Source of the DNA: a virus
Length of the DNA stretch: 64,000 bases
Reading direction: 5' to 3' (one strand)
IMG/VR virus record: IMGVR_UViG_3300021962_000047
Coordinates: 41,972 to 105,971 of that record
Part shown: piece by piece, positions 19,776-29,970 of the stretch
Layout: every line of letters starts with the position of its first letter
Position numbering within the stretch: the first letter of the stretch is position 1
Position numbers and translations under genes: made by a program
The notes under the pieces: generated by a model
Seen by the model: the letters and a program-made list of their open reading frames with translations, nothing else
What the model was told of the DNA's origin: nothing
The model's database searches: none

Positions 19776-22562
19776 TTATAAACAAGGGTTATCATTTATA
19801 CAATCAGCACAATCTGTATATACTGGTGAATCAATATAAAGTACATTACTACCAGGTGATATAGGACCAATTGGTCCAAAAAGTACCGTTATATAATAAC
19901 ACTTACCTTCATATTGGATTATATCACCAACATTCAATATTGACGTACTATTAATTGAATCTAGTAATGAGTCACCATCATCACAACAACTTAATGCCGT
20001 CATATCTCCATACCCATAAACACATTCATTTTCCGATGTACATTCAACACACGTTTCATAAACGTTAATTACAGTTAAACCTAATGGAGGTCCAATTGCT
20101 GGTGTTGGAAGAGTAATAATCTCAAAACATTGGACAAACCCATCATGTTCTATAGTAACAATATCACCAAGATTTAAAGTTGTAAGGGAACTAATAATCT
20201 CAATAGGTTCTTCCCATCCATCTATACAACACGATTTTAATGTTCCAACCTCATAATTGTAATATACCGGTTGTGAAAGTGTTGGTGTAGGTACTGGTGG
20301 TGTATATGTTGGTGTTGGCACCGGAGGTGTCTGTGTCGGAACTAACGGTGTTGACGTAACATCATTTGTCGGTTGAGGTGTAAATGACAATGTAGGTGTC
20401 ATCGTAGCCGTCAACGTAGGTGTCATTGTCAACGTCGGTGTTTGAGTTTGAGTTGGATATAAGATTACATTAACATCAACCTCACAATTTTCATCCGTTA
20501 CATTAAAGTTGAAATCACAATTTGCATCAATAATATTAAATCCAAAATCACATTCGATATCATTAATTGCATAATCAAATCTACAAGTGACTGTATCAAC
20601 ATTGAAGTCGAAATAACATTGTGACAATATCTCCAAACAGTTTGGACACCAATAATCGAATAAATTAAATCGGTCCTTCAATACCCTGAAGTTGTGTTGG
20701 ATTTGAGATGAATCCAATGGTTCAACATACATTCTGAATTGAGATATACCCCCCATAAAGGTTCCACCAAAATTTTGTTCCATCAAAATATCGGTTGTCA
20801 ATCCAGATAATGAGGTACCTGACAAAGTATTGTTCGGCATCAATTCAGGGTCCTGAATATATGGACCATAACGGTCTTCACAATTTTGGAAGATTAAACT
20901 CTCACGAAGACCTTGAGTACCACCACCCCATGAAATGTTAAACGGAACTCCGATTTGTTTTTCACGTTGGGTGTTTAACTCACGAGGAATAATTTCTTCA
21001 AAATCTTCGATAACCATAAACAGGTAACCGTTAACATATAAACGAAGAACACCTCTTCTATCTTCAACTTGTCTTAACCATTTTCTGTTAAGTTCAATAA
21101 CTTCTTCAGGTAATTCTTTTTTACCACCCTCGTGTGTTTGAGGGGGTTGAATAAGGTTTACCGTGGCACCATAGGTTTCAGAAGAATATACGTATTCGCG
21201 TATGTCTCCCAATCCCCCTTTATTTAATAGGTCACATCCGTCGTACCACCTATATCGGTCAAAGACAGCTGTTAACATTACCCATCTTTCTTTTGTTCTT
21301 TCGGCTTCAGAAACAGGATAACCACAAACATCATAGATACCACGAGATGAACATATCTCATTAATTGTATATCCCGAACAATATGTCAACCCAGTTGTTT
21401 CACATGTTCCCGTTGTGACGCAATCACCCGTTAACTTAATGTATTTAACACATAATCGTGGGTTTTTAGGGTCACCACTCAAACGAATAGACATTGCATT
21501 TGAGAATACATCCATCGCTGGGTCAACAGGTGGTTCAGGAACCTCTGTATTGTATGAACAAAACGGACCAATATTGTGTTGAACAGTTGTTGCGGTTTGA
21601 GGGTAAACCAACAAACAATGAGATAATGTATTTGCGGTGTCGGCACATCCGCATGTTTTAATACAATCAGTTAAACCTGATGTAACTCTTTGGTATTCCC
21701 ATTGTGTTCCACCCGACGTATCAAAATCAAAATCACATTTGAAATTCTCAGGAGTTTGAGTTAAACCAGAGGCTGGATGATAAAATTTATTTTCAGCACG
21801 AGTACCAAAGAAAAAGAATGTTCCCGCATTTTCAGGGTAAACTGTGTTTAGATATGTCTGGTGTTGTTCACGGATATGGTATTCATCTACCTGACGTGGT
21901 TTGATAACCGTCTCCATTGTCCACCCCTTATTAACCCTTTCAGGGAAAACTTCATAATCGTAACCATGTAATTTGTAGAAACCCTGAAAAAATCCACCAT
22001 ATAATTCTTGGTAATAACCAACTTGGCTATCCTCCTTACTCATTATATTATAAATGGTTTCTTTTGGGTTACCTGAAAATCTAACATTTGGGGGGTTGGT
22101 GTAATCATACACCTGTCTCATCTTAAATCTTCGGTCGTAATAATGGGGGTTATAAGTCATAAACTCATCAATACCCATCGTATAATATAGTGTTTGACCT
22201 GTCATGTATTGATACATTCCTGTATCAATCATTGTGAGACCCGCATCACATAATCCAGTATATCCTTTATAACAATTTAAATCTTCATTGTTTGGATTAT
22301 AATAGTTTTTAGATGTGGCAGTATTTCCTGAATTAAAATTACCCCAATAAAGATAATCTTTTGGGTTTGACGCAGCGGAATTTAAGTCAATATTGATTGG
22401 TAAAATGTTACCATTCGTTTCGGCAATTAGATAATTTGAAAATACTACTTCCTCGTCGTAATTTTTTTCATCCGACGCTAAAGTTAAGTCAAAGTATTCA
22501 CTATTATCTAACTTTATATCAAATCTATTAAAGTTAAAATTGTTAATGTTTTGAGTTGCCAT
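19776..22562 (-). CDS. Large virion structural protein, LamG-like core with Thr/Pro linker and C-terminal Cys-rich modules
   Basis: WTMETVIKP, LRLYVNG and FMGGISQFRMYVEPL LamG-like motifs; two CC...CxxC modules at the C-terminus. Confidence 0.7.
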   Translation of the reverse strand: MATQNINNFNFNRFDIKLDNSEYFDLTLASDEKNYDEEVVFSNYLIAETNGNILPINIDLNSAASNPKDYLYWGNFNSGNTATSKNYYNPNNEDLNCYKGYTGLCDAGLTMIDTGMYQYMTGQTLYYTMGIDEFMTYNPHYYDRRFKMRQVYDYTNPPNVRFSGNPKETIYNIMSKEDSQVGYYQELYGGFFQGFYKLHGYDYEVFPERVNKGWTMETVIKPRQVDEYHIREQHQTYLNTVYPENAGTFFFFGTRAENKFYHPASGLTQTPENFKCDFDFDTSGGTQWEYQRVTSGLTDCIKTCGCADTANTLSHCLLVYPQTATTVQHNIGPFCSYNTEVPEPPVDPAMDVFSNAMSIRLSGDPKNPRLCVKYIKLTGDCVTTGTCETTGLTYCSGYTINEICSSRGIYDVCGYPVSEAERTKERWVMLTAVFDRYRWYDGCDLLNKGGLGDIREYVYSSETYGATVNLIQPPQTHEGGKKELPEEVIELNRKWLRQVEDRRGVLRLYVNGYLFMVIEDFEEIIPRELNTQREKQIGVPFNISWGGGTQGLRESLIFQNCEDRYGPYIQDPELMPNNTLSGTSLSGLTTDILMEQNFGGTFMGGISQFRMYVEPLDSSQIQHNFRVLKDRFNLFDYWCPNCLEILSQCYFDFNVDTVTCRFDYAINDIECDFGFNIIDANCDFNFNVTDENCEVDVNVILYPTQTQTPTLTMTPTLTATMTPTLSFTPQPTNDVTSTPLVPTQTPPVPTPTYTPPVPTPTLSQPVYYNYEVGTLKSCCIDGWEEPIEIISSLTTLNLGDIVTIEHDGFVQCFEIITLPTPAIGPPLGLTVINVYETCVECTSENECVYGYGDMTALSCCDDGDSLLDSINSTSILNVGDIIQYEGKCYYITVLFGPIGPISPGSNVLYIDSPVYTDCADCINDNPCL

Positions 22563-22576
22563 TCAGGTTTTTAACT

Positions 22577-22602
22577 ATAAATACTTTCTTTGTTATATTT
22601 AT
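22577..22602. promoter_or_regulatory. Back-to-back divergent TATTTAT late motifs
   Basis: ATAAATA at 22577-22583 (minus-strand gene) and TATTTAT at 22596-22602 (plus-strand gene). Confidence 0.6.
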
Positions 22603-22610
22603 ATGAAAAA

Positions 22611-23351
22611 ATGAGTATGGTAAAACATAACATATTTCGAAAACAATCTGCAGCTGAAAAGAAAGCGAAAGAATTAGGATGTAAGGGAACCCACAAGCAT
22701 GACGGTGGTTTTATGCCTTGCTCATCACATAAAGAATGGGAAAAGGTTACATCAAAAGATAAAGTTGAAGGAGAAATTGAGGAACTTGTTGACTTTGATG
22801 GTACAATGTTAAGTTCAAAAATTCCTATTTTAGACCCTAAGGTAACTAATAAAGGTACCGACACAACTGATAAGACAGTTGCAACGTCTCGTATTACTCA
22901 AGACCCATTACATAGAGGTTATAGATTATACTATGGTGAGTCAGTAGTAAAAGAAGTGAATATGGAAGATGCTTTTGGTTATGAGGAAACCAAAGATATG
23001 GATGCCGAAGAAACAATTAAATTTTTAGAAAAAGAATTTGGTTTTGATGAAGATAAGGCTGAAGAAAGAGCTGAAGAAATGGGTAAAACACTAGAGCTTG
23101 ATGATAAAAAATCTGACGGTGCATTTACAAGACAAAGATTACAAGAAAAAGAAAAAGTTTTTACAAAAGAAGAAATATTAAAAATGAAAGAAGATATTTT
23201 GGTAGACAAATCTGAAGATTCAGGTATTAAACCAGTATCAAAAGACATATCAAAAATTTTAATTAGAAACGTAAAAGCTTTAAAAACTTTAGCTAAAAAA
23301 GAAGGTGTATCAATTCAACAATTATTGAAGTACTTAAAAGATGAACAGTAA
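22611..23351 (+). CDS. Hypothetical protein with N-terminal GCxGxHxH...MPCxxH metal-binding motif
   Basis: ORF track 22590-23351; first ATG downstream of the late motif is at 22611. Confidence 0.7.
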   Translation: MSMVKHNIFRKQSAAEKKAKELGCKGTHKHDGGFMPCSSHKEWEKVTSKDKVEGEIEELVDFDGTMLSSKIPILDPKVTNKGTDTTDKTVATSRITQDPLHRGYRLYYGESVVKEVNMEDAFGYEETKDMDAEETIKFLEKEFGFDEDKAEERAEEMGKTLELDDKKSDGAFTRQRLQEKEKVFTKEEILKMKEDILVDKSEDSGIKPVSKDISKILIRNVKALKTLAKKEGVSIQQLLKYLKDEQ

Positions 23352-23811
23352 ACTATACGATAGAAAAGCAAAGTTACCTGAATCTTTAATCGGGCATTTA
23401 GAAAATGCATTTAATTCTATTGAAGCCGATGCAAATACTGAAGGTTTTAATAGAAACCAAGAAATTAGAAAAAATGGTATGATTAATTACCAACAATTAA
23501 AAAGAATTAAAAATTGGTTTGATTCATATCAAGGAAATAAAGAAGACGCACCTTTTATATTAAATGGTGGTGACAGAATGAATACTTGGTGTAATCATGT
23601 TTTGGACCATTGGAGAAACACTTTGGAAGGTGGTAATCAAGTTAAATCGGACACCGGAATGCAAAACCAATTTATCGATTCACATGAAAAAGACGGAACT
23701 TCAGTCAATCCTCATGATAGACATGAAAAAGGTATAAACAAATTCGACACTGCAATCAGTGAAGATATAAAAAGAATGAAAAAAATAATAACCCATGGCA
23801 ACACAAAATGA
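23341..23811 (+). CDS. Hypothetical phage protein (KRIKNWF...LNGG...W domain)
   Basis: Overlapping operon ORF. Confidence 0.7.
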   Translation: MNSKLYDRKAKLPESLIGHLENAFNSIEADANTEGFNRNQEIRKNGMINYQQLKRIKNWFDSYQGNKEDAPFILNGGDRMNTWCNHVLDHWRNTLEGGNQVKSDTGMQNQFIDSHEKDGTSVNPHDRHEKGINKFDTAISEDIKRMKKIITHGNTK

Positions 23812-24091
23812 CAAATTAGATTTTACCCAGCCAGCAAACAAGTTATCTGAGATTGCTGAACAAGAAAGAGGTAAATTATTCCCACGTAATGATTATTCTC
23901 CTGAATCACAACAGTATTCTGCAGGACACCCTGACGCATTGGCCGACGGTGATACTGAAGGTAGAGGTACTGGTAAATTTTTAGATATACATAACCAAAG
24001 TGCGGGAACTAGTGTTGATGTAAGCGAAAGAAAAGAAGACATCAAAATTAACAGATATAACCAAGACAAACCTTATTACGTACCAGCATAA
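23795..24091 (+). CDS. Hypothetical protein
   Basis: Operon ORF with HPDALADGD..GRGTG. Confidence 0.7.
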   Translation: MATQNDKLDFTQPANKLSEIAEQERGKLFPRNDYSPESQQYSAGHPDALADGDTEGRGTGKFLDIHNQSAGTSVDVSERKEDIKINRYNQDKPYYVPA

Positions 24092-24486
24092 TGAAACTTC
24101 TCAATAGTTTTAAATCCCTAATCACAGAAATTGCGTCCTTGAATGATATTCAAAATTCAATCAAGAACAAAACCGTCATGACCATATTTTACGATGGTGA
24201 CGAACCAGGTGGTAGAGGATTAAGAACTATTGAACCTGTTTGTATTGGGTATAGTAAAGCAGGAAACTTAGTTTTAAGAGCTTGGGATTTGACGGGAGCA
24301 TCTCACACAGCATATCTCGGCTCTCAGCCATTACCATCGTGGAGATTATTTAGGGTAGATAAAATCTTTACTTATAAACCAACTGGTGATAAGTTTTATT
24401 CACCAAGACCGGGGTATAACCCAAATGGAGATAAAAGTATGTCAAGAGTAATACTTAACGCAAATTTTAATACAGAAAATGAGTGA
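24091..24486 (+). CDS. Stand-alone WYL-domain protein
   Basis: IFYDG...RTIEPVCIG...LRAW...WRLFRVDKI matches the WYL signature. Confidence 0.8.
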   Translation: MKLLNSFKSLITEIASLNDIQNSIKNKTVMTIFYDGDEPGGRGLRTIEPVCIGYSKAGNLVLRAWDLTGASHTAYLGSQPLPSWRLFRVDKIFTYKPTGDKFYSPRPGYNPNGDKSMSRVILNANFNTENE

Positions 24487-25045
24487 TTTAATGCAAAAAC
24501 TAGCATTATCTAAAAAGATAATGGAAGCACAAGATAGAATTCCAAGAGGTCAGTCCGCAGGATTACCTATGAATGAAAATAATGCCAATTATAATATTCC
24601 ATCAGAATATATGGAATCTCAAACAACTACACCTGTTCAACAGAATGTACAACCAATTACCGAAGATAAAATTAATAACTCTAAATTACCTGACCACATT
24701 AAAAAATTAATGTTAGAAAATCCTATTCAACAACCAAACGTTATGGGATTTGGTGGAGGTTCGGTTCTTTCAGATGATATCATTGAAGGTGCCTCAAGAT
24801 TGATGAATACAGAAAAAAAATCTTCTCCTCAAAGACAACCTCAATCACAATCTGTAGTTGAGAATTCTGAATTAAAGCAAATGATTAGAGATGTTGTCCG
24901 TGATACTGTTAGAGATGTAGTTAAAGAAGAGTTACAAAAGGCTGGAATGATATCTGAAGGTGAAAAATCAGACGAATTATTACAGCTAAAAGTTGGTAGT
25001 CACATTTTTGAAGGTAGAATTACCAAAATCAAAAAACTAAAGTAA
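24479..25045 (+). CDS. Hypothetical protein
   Basis: Operon ORF with SKLPDHIKKLMLENPI. Confidence 0.7.
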   Translation: MSDLMQKLALSKKIMEAQDRIPRGQSAGLPMNENNANYNIPSEYMESQTTTPVQQNVQPITEDKINNSKLPDHIKKLMLENPIQQPNVMGFGGGSVLSDDIIEGASRLMNTEKKSSPQRQPQSQSVVENSELKQMIRDVVRDTVRDVVKEELQKAGMISEGEKSDELLQLKVGSHIFEGRITKIKKLK

Positions 25046-25097
25046 AACCCTTTTTTTATTAGTTTTTTTTGGTTATACTTAAGTTAAAACTTATAGT

Positions 25098-26306
25098 ATG
25101 TCCAAAATAAAAGTATTAGTATTACCATCCGATAAAACAGGAGTTGGTAAATTTCGTTCACTCGACCCACACATTTTTTTACAAACAAAATATCCTGAAG
25201 ATTTTCACGTTGATATCGATTATGAACCTCGGGTTAATGATATCAATTATTGGAAACAATATCATATTGTACATTTTCACAGAACCATCTTTCCTGATTA
25301 CGATGCCAGTGCTAAAATAATTAGAAACCTTAATCAAATGGGTATCGTCACTATTATGGATATTGACGACTATTGGATGCCAACAAAGGAGCATCCTGTT
25401 TATCATTTAGTAAACGAATCTAAATTGAATTTAAAGATTGTTGAGAATATAAAGGCAGCTCAATACGTTACAACTACTACTGAAATTTTTGCTCAAGAAA
25501 TTAAAAAACATAATAAAAATGTTTTCGTATTACCAAACGCAATAAATCCTGACGAACCTCAGTTTAAAGAACCAACACAACCTTCAGATAAAGTACGTTT
25601 TGGTTGGTTAGGTGGTTCATCTCACTTACATGACTTAATGTTAATGAATGGTTCATTTAACAGATTAGAACCCCTTAAAGATAAATTTGAAGTTTATTTA
25701 TGTGGTTTTGATATTAGAGGCACTGTTACGGAAATTAATCAACAAACAGGTGAAAAAAGACAAAGACCAATTCAACCAAACGAAACCGTATGGCATCAAT
25801 ATGAACAGATATTCACAGCAAATGGTTTGTTAATAACACCTGAACACCAAGAATTTTTATCTAAATTTAAAGATGAAGAGTGGAATGGTGAATCTGTATA
25901 TCATAGAGTTTGGACAAAACCTGTAACCTCTTACGCTAAAAACTATTCAAAATTTGATGTATCATTAGCACCAATTAAAGACCATATTTTTAATAGAGCT
26001 AAATCACAACTTAAAGTTATTGAGGCTGGGTTTTATAAGAAAGCAATAATAGCATCTAATATTGGTCCTTACACAATTGACTTGAAACATTCATTAGAAA
26101 ATGGTAACTTTGTTGATGGAAACGCATTGTTAGTTGATGAACGTAGAAATCATAGTGATTGGTCTAAGTTTATGAAAAAATTAATCGACAACCCATCTTG
26201 GGTTGAAGATTTAGGAAATAGATTATACGAAACAGTAAAACCAAAGTATGATTTAAATGTAGTCACAGAAACAAGAGCTCAACTTTACAAACACTTAGCA
26301 AAATGA
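25098..26306 (+). CDS. GT-B fold glycosyltransferase (GT4-like)
   Basis: DIDDYW, VLPNAI, GWLGGSSHLHDL, DVSLAPI and FNRAKSQLKVIEAG motifs. Confidence 0.85.
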   Translation: MSKIKVLVLPSDKTGVGKFRSLDPHIFLQTKYPEDFHVDIDYEPRVNDINYWKQYHIVHFHRTIFPDYDASAKIIRNLNQMGIVTIMDIDDYWMPTKEHPVYHLVNESKLNLKIVENIKAAQYVTTTTEIFAQEIKKHNKNVFVLPNAINPDEPQFKEPTQPSDKVRFGWLGGSSHLHDLMLMNGSFNRLEPLKDKFEVYLCGFDIRGTVTEINQQTGEKRQRPIQPNETVWHQYEQIFTANGLLITPEHQEFLSKFKDEEWNGESVYHRVWTKPVTSYAKNYSKFDVSLAPIKDHIFNRAKSQLKVIEAGFYKKAIIASNIGPYTIDLKHSLENGNFVDGNALLVDERRNHSDWSKFMKKLIDNPSWVEDLGNRLYETVKPKYDLNVVTETRAQLYKHLAK

Positions 26307-27004
26307 TTAATATACCTATTACAAAAATTTTATTTATTGACATCGAAACTGTAGGTGCCGCACCTGATTTTGATGGGTTGGAAAAAGTTTATCCCGAATT
26401 GTCTTATCAGTTTAAAAATTATCTCGATTGGTTTGAAAAGAGATTTCCTGAACATGCAGGAAAGGGTCCTAATGAGATGTTTTACAACAAAGCAGCATTA
26501 GTATCTGAATTCTTAAAAATTGTATGTGTCAGTGTTGGTTTCGTAGACCCAACAGGAGAAATAAAGATGCAAAGTTTTTATGGTGATGACGAAAAACAAA
26601 TTTTAAAAGAAACTCAAAATTTATTAAAAAGAATTGGTAAACTCGGATTTCACCTTTGTGGTCACAACGTTAAAGGATTTGATATTCCCGTATTGGCAAA
26701 ACGAATGGTTATCAACGGAATCAAACCACCTGAAATTCTTCCAAATCACGATACTAAACCATGGGAAATTAAAGCTCTCGATACCAAAGAACTTTGGCAG
26801 TTTGGAAGCTTCTCAACTATCGGTTCGTTAGAATTGATGTGTATTTGTATGGGTGTTGAATCATCAAAAAATATGGAAGTGGTTGGTAACAAAGTTCACG
26901 AAGCATATTGGATTGATGGTAAATTGGAACAAATTAAAGATTATTGTGAAAAGGATGTTGAAGTCCTTATAAATGTTGTACGTAAATTTTATGAATTGTC
27001 ATGA
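26303..27004 (+). CDS. Stand-alone DEDD 3'-5' exonuclease (PolB-exo-like)
   Basis: FIDIET, GHNVKGFDIP and YCEKDV (ExoI-III). Confidence 0.88.
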   Translation: MINIPITKILFIDIETVGAAPDFDGLEKVYPELSYQFKNYLDWFEKRFPEHAGKGPNEMFYNKAALVSEFLKIVCVSVGFVDPTGEIKMQSFYGDDEKQILKETQNLLKRIGKLGFHLCGHNVKGFDIPVLAKRMVINGIKPPEILPNHDTKPWEIKALDTKELWQFGSFSTIGSLELMCICMGVESSKNMEVVGNKVHEAYWIDGKLEQIKDYCEKDVEVLINVVRKFYELS

Positions 27005-27597
27005 TTAACAAAATAAAAGGAATTAAAGATAGTATTAAAATGTTGACGGAATTACAAGAAAATTCCGCAAACATGGATTTAAATAAAATGATGTCAAATA
27101 TGGGTATCGATATGGAAACCCTTAATAAAGAATTTGAAAAATCTTTTGAGTTTGATAAAACAATAGATTTAGAATATACATTCAAATCGGTAAACCCTGA
27201 ACCATCATACGCATATCCAACAGATTCTGGTTTTGATTTAAGAGCCAATGAGAATGTAAAATTTTCGGGTTTTGAAAGAAAATTAGTATCAACGGGTTTG
27301 TTTGTTAATATCCCAGAAGGGTATGAAATTCAAGTAAGACCAAAAAGTGGTTTAGCACTAAATAAAGGTTTGTCAGTTTTAAATACCCCAGGTACGGTAG
27401 ACCAAGGTTATACTGGCGAAATTAAAGTAATTGTAATCAATATGTCTAATCTACCACAGGAGATTAAGATTGGAGATAAAATTGGTCAAGCAGTTTTATG
27501 TCCTGTAGTTGCGGGTAAATTCGTTAATCTAAAACGAGTTTTAAATGTAGAGGAAAAAGACAGAGGAGATAATGGATTCGGCTCAACTGGAAATTAA
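27001..27597 (+). CDS. dut: dUTPase (trimeric) with N-terminal extension
   Basis: SGFDL, RPKSGLA, GTVDQGYTGEI, IGQ and RGDNGFGSTG motifs. Confidence 0.93.
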   Translation: MINKIKGIKDSIKMLTELQENSANMDLNKMMSNMGIDMETLNKEFEKSFEFDKTIDLEYTFKSVNPEPSYAYPTDSGFDLRANENVKFSGFERKLVSTGLFVNIPEGYEIQVRPKSGLALNKGLSVLNTPGTVDQGYTGEIKVIVINMSNLPQEIKIGDKIGQAVLCPVVAGKFVNLKRVLNVEEKDRGDNGFGSTGN

Positions 27598-27598
27598 T

Positions 27599-27985
27599 AT
27601 GGAAAATATTAGCCCTGTACTACCTGAAGGTATTAAAAATTACCTTATTGATATTGACGGAACAATTACCGATGATATCCCAAATGAAGAACCATGGAGA
27701 ATGCTCGACTCATTACCATATGAAGGGTGTGTTGACATTATTAATCAATGGTACCAAGAAGGACACATAATTACATTTTTTACATCAAGAACTGAAGAAC
27801 ATAGAGCGGTTACTGATACGTGGTTACAAAAAAATGGATTTCAGTTCCATCATCTTTTAATGAATAAACCTCGTGGCGGTAACTATCATTGGATTGATAA
27901 CCATATTGTGAGAGCAACTCGATATAATGGCAAATGGACACCAATGACTACCGTAACCACGGACATACAAGTTTTTGGAGAATGA
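27599..27985 (+). CDS. Small HAD-superfamily phosphatase
   Basis: DIDGT, FFTSR, KP and WIDN motifs; ATG at 27599. Confidence 0.8.
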   Translation: MENISPVLPEGIKNYLIDIDGTITDDIPNEEPWRMLDSLPYEGCVDIINQWYQEGHIITFFTSRTEEHRAVTDTWLQKNGFQFHHLLMNKPRGGNYHWIDNHIVRATRYNGKWTPMTTVTTDIQVFGE

Positions 27986-29361
27986 TTACAATTGGGTATA
28001 GTACAAAAAAAATTGACCCGTCGTTTAAGGAATATATTACAAAATCAGTTGGGTTACCAAATGTGGAAGTTATTCCATTTGAAAATCCGGGAACACACTC
28101 ATTAACTGAAGCTTATAATATTATTTTAGAACAATCATCAAATGATATCGTGGTATTGTGTCACGATGACATTTATTTTGAGAATAACAACTGGGGTAAT
28201 AAAGTATTAAAACACTTTAAACGCAATCCTGAATATGGAATTATCGGTGTTGCCGGTTCTAAATATATGCCTCCATCAGGTAGATGGTGGGAAGTACAAA
28301 CAGAAATGTTTGGTATTGTAAATCACGAACACGAAGGTAGAAAATGGACATCAAAATATAGTGAAACTAAAAATAGTAAATTAGATGACACTATCATTGT
28401 TGATGGACTTTTTATGGTCTTAAACAAAAAGAACATTAAAACAAAATTTAATGAAGAGGTAAAAGGATTTCATTTTTATGAAATAGATTTTTGTTATAGA
28501 AACTTTTTAAATGGTGTTAAAATTGGTGTTTTTTATGATGTTAGAATTACTCATAAATCAATTGGTATGACCAATGAACAATGGGAAAATAATAGACAAC
28601 AATTCACCGAAACATTTAAAAATGATTTACCTAAAATCATTCCAACAGAATTTGATAAAAAACAAATTAAAAAGAATGAACCACTGGTTACTATTGCAAT
28701 GCCAATTTATAACTACGCAAAAAGATTGAACCATACGTTATTATCTATTTTTAATCAGGATTACACCAACTTTGAAATTATCATAGTCAACGACGGGTCA
28801 ACCGATGAGTATTGTTTAATGAAATTAAAAACATTAGAAGGTCAAGAAGGTATTAAGATAATTCATAAAGATAATGGTGGAGTATCATCAACAAGAAACC
28901 GTGCCGTTAGAGAAGGTAATGGTGAATATGTACTACCATTAGATGCTGATGATATGATATTACCAGGATACATAAAAACGGGTGTTGCGATACTAAAAAA
29001 TAATCCTAAAATAAGTCCCGTTTATTGTGATACCATCCATGTTGGTGAGATGCAAGGTTTAGAAAAAAGACCTGAATGGAGCAATGAACGACTTTTACAA
29101 GGACCATTTATCGTAAATAGCTCTTTATACACAAGAGATGCTTACAACGAGGTTGGGGGTTATGATGAAGAATTACAGGGTTGGGAAGATTATCACTTTT
29201 GGTTGAAAATGATGAAAAAAGGATATGTCGGAAAACGTATCCCTAAAGGTTTATTTATTTATTTTCATCACGAAAAAGATGGTTCAGTTTCTACGGAAGC
29301 GAATACTAATCAACAAATGTTGTATAATAAAATAATGGATAAATTATCAACATATGAATAA
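27982..29361 (+). CDS. Two-domain GT-A (GT2-like) glycosyltransferase
   Basis: N-domain has YN, CHDD, DG.F and FHFYEID; C-domain has PIYN, VNDGSTD, LDADD, GGYDE and WEDY. Confidence 0.88.
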   Translation: MITIGYSTKKIDPSFKEYITKSVGLPNVEVIPFENPGTHSLTEAYNIILEQSSNDIVVLCHDDIYFENNNWGNKVLKHFKRNPEYGIIGVAGSKYMPPSGRWWEVQTEMFGIVNHEHEGRKWTSKYSETKNSKLDDTIIVDGLFMVLNKKNIKTKFNEEVKGFHFYEIDFCYRNFLNGVKIGVFYDVRITHKSIGMTNEQWENNRQQFTETFKNDLPKIIPTEFDKKQIKKNEPLVTIAMPIYNYAKRLNHTLLSIFNQDYTNFEIIIVNDGSTDEYCLMKLKTLEGQEGIKIIHKDNGGVSSTRNRAVREGNGEYVLPLDADDMILPGYIKTGVAILKNNPKISPVYCDTIHVGEMQGLEKRPEWSNERLLQGPFIVNSSLYTRDAYNEVGGYDEELQGWEDYHFWLKMMKKGYVGKRIPKGLFIYFHHEKDGSVSTEANTNQQMLYNKIMDKLSTYE

Positions 29362-29968
29362 TATGCAAAATTATAAAATACTTGGAGTAGGACACCCTAG
29401 AACAGGAACGGGTTATACATCAAAATTATTATCTAGTTTTGGATTCTCTGTTGGTCATGAAACATTGCAAAATGATGGGATTGTGGCATGGCAAGTTATG
29501 TTATCATCTAAAGATTTTAAAAATGGAATACCGTGGGTATATCCAAAAATTGATTACGACAAAATTAATTTTGAAACTATAATATATAACACTCGAAATC
29601 CACTAAACAGTATACCATCTATTGTTTATACTGAAAATCCATCTTTGAGTGATAGAAAAACCATTGTGGATTTTTCAGAGGCATCAAACCCAGTCGAGAT
29701 GGCAATAATTTCAATTTGTACTTTTGATACTTTAATCAAAAATAAGTATAAAAACCTTATTCAATATCGTGTTGAAGACGAACAAGAAAAATTGTTCAAT
29801 TTACTGTCAAAAAAATATGAAATAAATCCCAATTATAATCTACCACCATCGAGTTATAATTCAAGAAAAAATAGAATAGGAAAAATCGATTATTCGGTAG
29901 TTAGACCAAAATTTCAAGAAATGATTAATAATTATTGTTTGGAATATGGATACCCAAAAATCTTTTAA
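29354..29968 (+). CDS. Sulfotransferase-like protein
   Basis: 5'-PSB-like loop GHPRTGT and 3'-PB-like RNPLNSIPS. Confidence 0.65.
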   Translation: MNNMQNYKILGVGHPRTGTGYTSKLLSSFGFSVGHETLQNDGIVAWQVMLSSKDFKNGIPWVYPKIDYDKINFETIIYNTRNPLNSIPSIVYTENPSLSDRKTIVDFSEASNPVEMAIISICTFDTLIKNKYKNLIQYRVEDEQEKLFNLLSKKYEINPNYNLPPSSYNSRKNRIGKIDYSVVRPKFQEMINNYCLEYGYPKIF

Positions 29969-29970
29969 TT

